64,000 bases of DNA from Escherichia phage 241Ecol014PP: the sequence record OR062943.1; one strand, written 5' to 3'. The notes beneath the pieces are model-generated. The model ran no database searches and was not told the DNA's origin. It saw nothing but the letters and a program-made list of their open reading frames with translations. This document shows, piece after piece, positions 57,634 through 64,000 of this stretch. Each line of letters opens with the position of its first letter. Position 1 is the stretch's first letter. A program made the position numbers and the translations under genes.

Positions 57634-57894
57634 ATGCGTAAATTAAAAAATTTTGATAAAGTCGATGTTGTCCTGAATAATTTTTACTACTGCAACAACA
57701 AGGCCATTTGGTGGCGTGATAGTTCCACCGATAAAGTCAAGGCGCGCTTTCTCCAGGGGCACTGGCAAGGCCGCCCAGTGATTAAAATCATGGGGCAATT
57801 GGTAGCGTTTAAAAATTGCCGCCGTGTTGATGACGTTGAAGAGATTCTAAACATTTTACGCCACAATAATTTAAAAAATAGTGTTGACAAGTAA
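57634..57894 (+). CDS. hypothetical protein
   Basis: 86-aa ORF with AGGAAGGAG RBS. Confidence 0.45.
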   Translation: MRKLKNFDKVDVVLNNFYYCNNKAIWWRDSSTDKVKARFLQGHWQGRPVIKIMGQLVAFKNCRRVDDVEEILNILRHNNLKNSVDK

Positions 57895-57911
57895 GCCTCA
57901 ATAAGTATACT
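57884..57911 (+). promoter_or_regulatory. sigma70-like promoter
   Basis: TTGACA overlapping stop codon, 16-nt spacer, TATACT. Confidence 0.55.
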
Positions 57912-57921
57912 TAAACACGCA

Positions 57922-57940
57922 GGCGGGAAAACTTCCCGCC
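57922..57940 (+). promoter_or_regulatory. conserved 5' leader hairpin GGCGGGAA-AAC-TTCCCGCC
   Basis: same stem as 55721-55739, located between promoter and RBS. Confidence 0.5.
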
Positions 57941-57968
57941 ACTAACAAAGAAAATAGGAGAAAATATC

Positions 57969-58592
57969 ATGACCACCGTTAACATTACTACAGGTTACAA
58001 TTTATCTTTCGACGTGCTGACCGACGAACAAAAAGAAAAAGCCGTTGAAATGGTCCGCGAAAGAGAAGAACACAGCGGGGATAACTTTTTTGCAGAAAGT
58101 GTAATTGAAGACTATAAAGAATATGTCTTTCCAGAGTATGGCCTTGAAGATACCAAGGTACATTGGTCCGGCTTTTGGTGCCAGGGTGACGGCGCGTCAA
58201 TCAGTGCGGAAAACGTGGATTTAGAAAAATTCTTGCGTAAAGTAAAGGCCCTGACCAAGTTCCGATCAATTCGTCACTTGTTCGGCACAATGCACGATGG
58301 CGAGCTATCCGCAAGTGTTGAGCGTGATCCATATAGCCGCTATAGTCACGAAAACACTGTAAGCGGGTACATCGATACTACATGGCTAGACCTGACCGCC
58401 AAACAAGAAAATAAAGTGGAAGATCTGGAAGAGCTGATCACCGAGACGGTACGGGAGCTATCCCGCAAGGTTTACGTAGACCTGGAGGGGGCCTATCTTG
58501 AACAATTCACTACCGAAAACCTGATCGGCCTTATCAAGGCCAATGATTGGCGGTTTGATGTGGATGAAGATGGCGAGATGACTTTTTCATAA
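57969..58592 (+). CDS. hypothetical protein
   Basis: 207-aa ORF, acidic. Confidence 0.45.
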   Translation: MTTVNITTGYNLSFDVLTDEQKEKAVEMVREREEHSGDNFFAESVIEDYKEYVFPEYGLEDTKVHWSGFWCQGDGASISAENVDLEKFLRKVKALTKFRSIRHLFGTMHDGELSASVERDPYSRYSHENTVSGYIDTTWLDLTAKQENKVEDLEELITETVRELSRKVYVDLEGAYLEQFTTENLIGLIKANDWRFDVDEDGEMTFS

Positions 58593-58682
58593 ATAAAGTG
58601 TTGCAATAACCTAAAAACCTGCTATATTAAAACTCAAGGGGGCAAGACGTTTGCCCCCACACAAAACAAAGAGGAAAACATC

Positions 58683-59063
58683 ATGAAAAACACTACTAAA
58701 GCTATTGACACCGTTATGTTTAACCTGGTTACCTTTCGCGAGGATATGAAAGATCTTCCACGTGAAACAGTGTGCGATCACATTGAAAACTATCGCAAAC
58801 TAATCAAAGAGTTGCCTTTAAAACGTGATCAGTATGCGGCTAACGCCATGCTTAATGCCATGATCAAAAAGATGATCCAGTGTGATTTAACTCTAGCCTA
58901 TGATTATGCGGGTGGTCGTTTTGCAGTATACAATCAGCCCGTGCCTGGTATGAGCACCACAGAAGAATTGCACGCGTTAAATCTAAAACAAGACGTGTGG
59001 GATAGTATGCCCCGCGTGGTGGTATGGGTAGAAAGCGGGAAGATTTACGGCGATAATTTTTAA
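58683..59063 (+). CDS. hypothetical protein
   Basis: 126-aa ORF with AAGAGGAAA RBS. Confidence 0.45.
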   Translation: MKNTTKAIDTVMFNLVTFREDMKDLPRETVCDHIENYRKLIKELPLKRDQYAANAMLNAMIKKMIQCDLTLAYDYAGGRFAVYNQPVPGMSTTEELHALNLKQDVWDSMPRVVVWVESGKIYGDNF

Positions 59064-59073
59064 TCAGGTAACA

Positions 59074-59102
59074 GGCGGCGGCATATTTGCCGCCTTATTG
59101 TT
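59074..59102 (+). terminator. rho-independent terminator
   Basis: GGCGGCA-TATT-TGCCGCC then TTATTGTT. Confidence 0.6.
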
Positions 59103-59130
59103 AAACAGAACTGCAAAAGAGGTACATAGA

Positions 59131-59502
59131 ATGGAATTTATTATTTTGGCTGTATTGGTTGCCTTGTTTAACGCCTGGATCGCTGGCAAGATGGGCAGAT
59201 CCGCCTTTTTATGGTTTATTATATCTATTTTCCTGGGGGTGGTTGCAACTATTGTATTGGTTATCCTTGCAATTGTTGACAAGGGGAATAATAGAAAGGG
59301 TAAAGTATTTTCAGACCTGTACGACGCTCAAACGTTTGTCAACGCATATTATAGTGATCTCCCAGTCTCCCTACGCTGCAGCCTGGCACAACAAGTTTTC
59401 GATGAGGCTAAAACCAGAGATCAAGCCCATGAGATATGTTTAACTGAGGCGGATCGCCTATTTGAGAGGAATAGAAAATATGTGGGCCAACCGTTTAAAT
59501 AA
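59131..59502 (+). CDS. two-helix membrane protein
   Basis: ATG 59131 after AAAGAGG; two hydrophobic segments in first 60 aa; track ORF starts at TTG 59098. Confidence 0.45.
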   Translation: MEFIILAVLVALFNAWIAGKMGRSAFLWFIISIFLGVVATIVLVILAIVDKGNNRKGKVFSDLYDAQTFVNAYYSDLPVSLRCSLAQQVFDEAKTRDQAHEICLTEADRLFERNRKYVGQPFK

Positions 59503-59725
59503 TGCCACGTTAATTAATCCCTTTAGTGAAGATTTGAAGCCAGCCGCCTGGCGTGATGGATTCAATACCGAACGCTTTATTTTCAGGCCTGATCTTGAGG
59601 AATTTTATAACAATGGATCGAACAACGACAGAGATAATTTTTCTTGTGATGTGCGTAGTGATGGTACTCCTGGGGGCCATTGTAAACCACGTCACTACTA
59701 CCAGGAGGAAAGGTGGAGACGATGA
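59480..59725 (+). CDS. hypothetical protein (uncertain)
   Basis: ATG 59480; overlaps both neighbours; weak RBS. Confidence 0.25.
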   Translation: MWANRLNNATLINPFSEDLKPAAWRDGFNTERFIFRPDLEEFYNNGSNNDRDNFSCDVRSDGTPGGHCKPRHYYQEERWRR

Positions 59726-59841
59726 CACCCAAGGATAAGCCACGCACCGATAAGGCGCGCCGTGTTATGGTGTGGCTGGAGATCATCGCCCTTGAAATAT
59801 TGTTAGGCGTAGGGATGTACTTTATCGCTATAAGTAACTAA
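59722..59841 (+). CDS. small membrane peptide (39 aa)
   Basis: ATG after AGGAGGAAAGGTGGAG; C-terminal hydrophobic helix; terminator follows. Confidence 0.35.
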   Translation: MTPKDKPRTDKARRVMVWLEIIALEILLGVGMYFIAISN

Positions 59842-59846
59842 GAACG

Positions 59847-59876
59847 GCCCCCGATCATGGGGGCTTATCTTTTTAA
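59847..59876 (+). terminator. rho-independent terminator
   Basis: GCCCCC-GATCAT-GGGGGC then TTATCTTTTT. Confidence 0.7.
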
Positions 59877-59980
59877 AAAATTTTTCTTCTAGGGTGTTGC
59901 AATCCGGTCCGGAATGTGGATAATGACAATCAACGGGGAGCTAATCCCCACCAACACAAAAACCAGAAAGGAGAAACAAA

Positions 59981-60181
59981 ATGAGCAACAATATCCGCGT
60001 TATTAACTTCAAAAAAGAAGAAAAAATTGCCGTGCTGATTGACGGTCAAGAAATCTTCAAGGGCGATTATGAAGATCATCAAACGGCGATTAGTATCACT
60101 CGCGTGATCGGTTACCATAATTTCTACCCCCAAGGCGCTGAGGCAGCAGTTAAACGAATCAAAGAGATTGTAGGCCTGTAA
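59981..60181 (+). CDS. hypothetical protein
   Basis: 66-aa ORF, AAAGGAGAA RBS. Confidence 0.4.
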   Translation: MSNNIRVINFKKEEKIAVLIDGQEIFKGDYEDHQTAISITRVIGYHNFYPQGAEAAVKRIKEIVGL

Positions 60182-60182
60182 A

Positions 60183-60224
60183 ATTTATTTTTAGATGGCC
60201 TTGACCCCAGGGCCATCAATAAAG
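60183..60224 (+). repeat. promoter/palindrome cassette, copy 3 (TTGACC variant)
   Basis: ATTTATTTTTAGATGGCCTTGACCCCAGGGCCATCAATAAAG. Confidence 0.65.
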
Positions 60225-60272
60225 TAAATTTAAACCCTGTTAAAATAATCAGTACAAAAAGGAGTAATGATC

Positions 60273-60572
60273 ATGTTTATACCCGCCAATAATCTTTATT
60301 TCTTTGATGGTCAGATCGTAGACGGTGTGGAAGTGGAGATCACCGGGTGCCCTGGCGGTCAGGCTATGACTTTTCGGAATAATGCCTTTGATGATTCTCA
60401 TATCGTTATGAGAATGGAAGTTACGAAGCTGGACGACAAGAAAACACTTATTGACTATTCTGTGAAAGATCATCCAGACTACCGCATGATCCATGGCGAT
60501 TTGTGCATTGTTGACCGTGACAAGGTGGGCGGCATTGTGATCGCTATTGTGAACGATGTTTTCTCAAACTAA
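60273..60572 (+). CDS. hypothetical protein
   Basis: ATG 60273 is 8 nt after GGAG; track start 60267 is too close to the RBS. Confidence 0.4.
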   Translation: MFIPANNLYFFDGQIVDGVEVEITGCPGGQAMTFRNNAFDDSHIVMRMEVTKLDDKKTLIDYSVKDHPDYRMIHGDLCIVDRDKVGGIVIAIVNDVFSN

Positions 60573-60589
60573 TTTCAGCAGGTGATTTT

Positions 60590-60940
60590 ATGAAAGTTAA
60601 ACTATATTACCTTAATGAGCTTAACCCCCTTGCCCAGGTCCGCGCCCTGGCTAATACCTTGATTTGTGAGAAATCTGCATATTGTGTTGAGCTTAACGCC
60701 ATGCGTGAACGTCTTAAAGGGGGTTACTTTGACATCCATGCTGCAATCAACGGCCTGAATATGGAATTTATACGCTTACGTAACAGCCGCCGGAATCTGG
60801 TAAGAATGGAACAAGATCCGGCCCACCTTCGTAAGCTGGTTATTGAAAACCATCTGATGTTTAATGCCGAGGGTGATTATTACCATTTTCACCGCAAACG
60901 TTGGTACCGTGGCGGCAATACAAGCAAGAATGCAAAATAA
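60590..60940 (+). CDS. hypothetical basic protein
   Basis: 116-aa ORF. Confidence 0.4.
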   Translation: MKVKLYYLNELNPLAQVRALANTLICEKSAYCVELNAMRERLKGGYFDIHAAINGLNMEFIRLRNSRRNLVRMEQDPAHLRKLVIENHLMFNAEGDYYHFHRKRWYRGGNTSKNAK

Positions 60941-61143
60941 GGCCCCTAGCAGGGCCTGCAGCTATATAATCACATAAAGGCTATGCGGTTGCATGGCCTT
61001 TATTATTTTAGCGTTACAGCGACCCCCCAAGGCGCTTAAAAAATTTTTTAAAGAAGTACTTGCATCATTCCCGACAATATGGATAATAAGAGTTATCGAG
61101 GGGGCGGCCCCAATCATTAACCAGATAGATAGGAGTTAAAACC

Positions 61144-61428
61144 ATGGCTATTGTTACCGCTGGTGATGTAGTAGAAATGGAAGCAAAATACTTAAAAGCT
61201 GGTATGCATATCATCCGCAATGATCTTGAACTGGTCCTCACTATGGTTGATTATAACCCTGGTCAAGATTATCCAAGTGTTGACTACTTTTTCCAGTATG
61301 TTGATGAAGAATTAAAAGAGGATGAGGCTTATCAGGGTGAATTTTGTAATTTCTTTTGCCCTGATGAGGTTGTAAAAGTTATTTATCGACCTGGCGTACC
61401 TTTCCCACTGCACGCTATCAATAAATAA
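61144..61428 (+). CDS. hypothetical protein
   Basis: 94-aa ORF with AGGAG RBS. Confidence 0.4.
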   Translation: MAIVTAGDVVEMEAKYLKAGMHIIRNDLELVLTMVDYNPGQDYPSVDYFFQYVDEELKEDEAYQGEFCNFFCPDEVVKVIYRPGVPFPLHAINK

Positions 61429-61485
61429 ACCTGGAGGGGCCGAAAAGGCCCCCCCAATTATGAAAATAAAGAGGGGCAAATCATC

Positions 61486-61719
61486 ATGATGGAACAAATT
61501 AAACGCGCTGAGGCTATTAATGGCAATGTGATCTATTTTGTCAGCAATAACGAAAAAGGCGTACCATATGCGGCGGTAATAGTACAGCCTGACGGCAATT
61601 ATTGGTTTACTGTATACGGATCTTATTCTTTCGGGCGTCCGGTGCATGATAGAATTTTGAAAGTAGCGAACCCCACCGGGAAGAATATCACGGCAGAAAA
61701 ATTTTTTGAAAATAATTGA
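61486..61719 (+). CDS. hypothetical protein
   Basis: 77-aa ORF. Confidence 0.4.
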   Translation: MMEQIKRAEAINGNVIYFVSNNEKGVPYAAVIVQPDGNYWFTVYGSYSFGRPVHDRILKVANPTGKNITAEKFFENN

Positions 61720-61743
61720 CAACGTTTTAAATTAGTTTAAGAT
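61716..61743 (+). promoter_or_regulatory. sigma70-like promoter
   Basis: TTGACA overlapping stop codon, 16-nt spacer, TAAGAT. Confidence 0.4.
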
Positions 61744-61793
61744 GTATCACGTAGGGCGGCAATGGTGCCGCTCACAACTGGAAGGAAAACACC

Positions 61794-61997
61794 ATGACTA
61801 CAGCTAACCGCCTGATCGCCGTCCTGAACAAAGCAAAGGCTAACCGCCTGGATGTTCAAATCAAAGAGCAAGCAAATGGCGAGATCCTTGCTACGGTGTC
61901 CGATGGCGGTTATGTATCGGAATCATTTTTATCAGGGAGCTTAGATCATCTTGTTTGGAAATTAGAAATTATCGTGGAGGATATGCAGATCATCTAA
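61794..61997 (+). CDS. hypothetical protein
   Basis: 67-aa ORF with GGAAGGAAA RBS. Confidence 0.4.
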   Translation: MTTANRLIAVLNKAKANRLDVQIKEQANGEILATVSDGGYVSESFLSGSLDHLVWKLEIIVEDMQII

Positions 61998-62006
61998 TCT
62001 TTACAA

Positions 62007-62037
62007 AACAGGGCTTGTTTTTGTCCTGTTTTTTGTT
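62007..62037 (+). terminator. rho-independent terminator
   Basis: AACAGGGC..GTCCTGTT stem then TTTTGTT. Confidence 0.55.
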
Positions 62038-62050
62038 ATACTTGTTTCAC

Positions 62051-62093
62051 GGCAGGCACCTGGCGACGGGGGGAGACAATCATCGGGCCTGCC
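62051..62093. repeat. GC-rich element, copy 3 (inverted relative to copies at 54410 and 54549)
   Basis: GGCAGGCACCTGGCGACGGGGGGAGACAATCATCGGGCCTGCC; ends GGCAGGC/GCCTGCC are self-complementary. Confidence 0.6.
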
Positions 62094-62118
62094 TGTCATA
62101 TAAGAACTATAAAAACCG

Positions 62119-62147
62119 TTGACATCTGCCAGGTGGTGGGGTAACAT
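62119..62147 (+). promoter_or_regulatory. sigma70-like promoter
   Basis: TTGACA, 17-nt spacer, TAACAT. Confidence 0.45.
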
Positions 62148-62201
62148 TTATCTTGAAGGGGCAAAAGTGCCCACACAACAACCAGAAGAGAGGAAAACAT
62201 T

Positions 62202-62474
62202 ATGTCAAGCTGGATTAATCAAGAAGTCGAATCACGTTTTAACGCTATTTGGGATCTCATCGAAAAAGAGGACGGAACATCAAGCCCTTATCTCAATAAT
62301 CTTGAATTCCATTTCGTGGAAGCGATGAACGCAGAACATGATCACGAAGGTGGTGCGGATGAATTCGCTAAAGGATATGGCTTCAACAATGCCAACGAAA
62401 TGATCGAGGCGGTTGTACTCCAGGCTGAGGAAGATTATCAATTAAAAACGCTTGAATTCTGCCGCCGTAAGTAA
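62202..62474 (+). CDS. hypothetical acidic protein
   Basis: 90-aa ORF with AGAGAGGAAAA RBS. Confidence 0.4.
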   Translation: MSSWINQEVESRFNAIWDLIEKEDGTSSPYLNNLEFHFVEAMNAEHDHEGGADEFAKGYGFNNANEMIEAVVLQAEEDYQLKTLEFCRRK

Positions 62475-62536
62475 TAAGATAATGACACGGGCCAAAAGGC
62501 CCACTAAACAAAAACCACATAAAGAGGAAAAACATC

Positions 62537-62800
62537 ATGAAACGTCTTGATCAGCTCAAATTAGTTCAATATATGGCTTATCGTGTTCTTGAAGTCCAGA
62601 AAGGTAGCAAAAAAGAGGTTTGCGAGAAAGCTTATAAGATCTTCACTCGCAAAAAAGATGACTGGATGCTGCGCCAGACTAAAAAGGCTGACATCTTGGG
62701 GTACCTGGAAGAAGAGATCCGCCTTGAAGAGCAAGAAGAGATCCGCCGTAGTGAGGCAGATTATCAGGCAGCTTGGGAAAACTGGATGAGCAACAAATAA
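62537..62800 (+). CDS. hypothetical protein
   Basis: 87-aa ORF with AAAGAGGAAAA RBS. Confidence 0.4.
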   Translation: MKRLDQLKLVQYMAYRVLEVQKGSKKEVCEKAYKIFTRKKDDWMLRQTKKADILGYLEEEIRLEEQEEIRRSEADYQAAWENWMSNK

Positions 62801-62819
62801 TACAACAAGGTGCACGGTC

Positions 62820-62845
62820 AGGGGCTTAAAGCCCCTTTCTTTTTG
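62820..62845 (+). terminator. rho-independent terminator
   Basis: AGGGGC-TTAAA-GCCCCT then TTCTTTTTG. Confidence 0.75.
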
Positions 62846-63449
62846 TCCGCTATTCCCTATCACAAACGGCCCCGCCTGACAAGTGGAATAATCAACAAGC
62901 CAGCAATTTCCCACACTGTACAAACATACAGGTAAAATAACTATTGCATAATTTTTCATTGTGTGGTAGCAGGGCCATTTTTACCCGTTTTTCCTCCCAA
63001 AATTGCACGTAATGCCGCTATTGCATAAATTTTAACCTGATGCACATCTTCAATATCTTGTCAACAAATAAAAATTCTTATAAGTCATACACTTACATAA
63101 CCACAAAAGCGCGTTCTACGTGAAAAATCGAGTATAACTATAGCCGCCAGATCTCAGAATTTACGTACGCTCACCATTCTATAGCCTGCTAAGTATTTAT
63201 TCCAACCATAGAATAACGGAATAGTCAATACCTGCATAAAATAATTATTCGTTTAAATTGCATAACATAAATCAGCCAGGGTGTCAACATTTTTCGTAAA
63301 CAGTCCGAAATTATCACTGTGAGTTATCATAAACAGAGAAATCTTTAGTCGTCTAATGTTTACTGTACGTTACTATACTAACCGGAATCATTAGATGACT
63401 AATAGAAAAGATAAGAAATAATCAACAATACAATTATTTTATCTGTAAC

Positions 63450-63680
63450 AATAAGGCAACTATGCAAACGAATGGCATGGCGCGACGGAGTCGCGACATA
63501 ATATAAAAGCAGTAACCATCACCCCCGTGATAGTTTGTCTGCAAACTATTAATCAGATCATAGTTGCCTTGTATTTAGTTAATCATGACATAACAAGCAA
63601 GGCAACTATAGATCTTCTAATAGTTGCCTTGCTTTTATATTATGTCATAAATTATTAACATGCAAACGAATGGCATGGCT
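63450..63680. repeat. operator-like repeat cluster (coordinates approximate)
   Basis: 11-mer AAGGCAACTAT in four alternating-orientation copies; 19-mer TGCAAACGAATGGCATGGC twice; 17-bp inverted pair GACATAATATAAAAGCA / TGCTTTTATATTATGTC. Confidence 0.55.
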
Positions 63681-63714
63681 TATCATTTTTGAGTAAATAG
63701 TCTACACGTGAACA

Positions 63715-63860
63715 GTTAGCTATGTAAACTATTAGTCATGTAAACCGTTAGGCATGTAAACAGTAGAGGGAGTGAATAGTGACAGCGTAAACAGTCAGGC
63801 ATGTCAATTATGTCAATCGTGTCAGTTATGTCACAGTATGTCTAAAGTGTCAGACAAGTT
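63715..63860. repeat. iteron-like periodic repeats (coordinates approximate)
   Basis: ATGTAAAC at 16-bp period (3-4 copies) then six 9-bp-period TGTCA units. Confidence 0.55.
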
Positions 63861-64000
63861 TTTCTCCTCTTTGTCAAGTGCTGCATGAAAAATTTACAAA
63901 CTGGTATGGTAGCATTTTTGCGGCCCTGTTTACATTCAGTAATGTATGTATGACCCTTGTTGTGTGGGCGTTTAGACGTCTAGACGGTTGGAAGTCTACA

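Noticed and set aside
53860-60224. Possible CRISPR array among the direct repeats
   Set aside because: The repeats are few (2-3 copies), irregularly spaced and contain promoter hexamers; none has the regular repeat-spacer periodicity of a CRISPR array
53758-64000. tRNA genes in the ORF-free regions
   Set aside because: Scanning by eye found no T-loop GTTCGAATC/GTTCAAATC-type motif with a suitable acceptor stem; a tRNAscan run would be needed to exclude this fully
1-64000. Integrase/attachment site indicating a prophage or integrative element
   Set aside because: No tyrosine or serine recombinase motifs were recognised in any ORF and no tRNA-adjacent direct repeats were seen; the organisation fits a virulent phage

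Overview
This 64-kb window reads as a segment of a tailed dsDNA phage genome (Caudoviricetes, virulent-type organisation). All calls come from reading motifs in the supplied six-frame ORFs and the DNA by eye; no database search, structure prediction or covariance-model scan was run. Layout: (1) 38-19072, + strand: tail/baseplate/fibre module with two paralogous tail-fibre genes and a 1878-aa adhesin-like protein, closed by a bidirectional terminator. (2) 19121-26087, - strand: block of small genes including a HAD-family phosphatase and a vWA/HExxH protein. (3) 26164-53757, + strand: replication and host-takeover genes - MoxR-like AAA ATPase, SleB-like lysin, rIIA/rIIB-like pair, Dda-like helicase, C5-methyltransferase-like protein, T7 gp4-like primase-helicase, a family-A DNA polymerase interrupted by both an intein and a group I intron, four HNH-type endonuclease genes, an SSB-like protein and a macro-domain protein. 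(4) 53758-62845: about 1 kb of ORF-free repeat-rich DNA followed by a cassette of about 20 small genes, each with its own sigma70-like promoter and terminator, with visibly more E. coli-like codon choice, bracketed by inverted copies of a GC-rich ~40-nt element. (5) 62846-64000: ORF-free region with operator-like palindromes and iterons. No rRNA, tRNA, CRISPR array, integrase or reverse transcriptase was recognised. The best-supported unusual feature is the doubly invaded DNA polymerase gene; the most plausible places for an undescribed system are the macro-domain/early-gene cassette and the separated AAA-ATPase/vWA-peptidase pair, but these are inferences.
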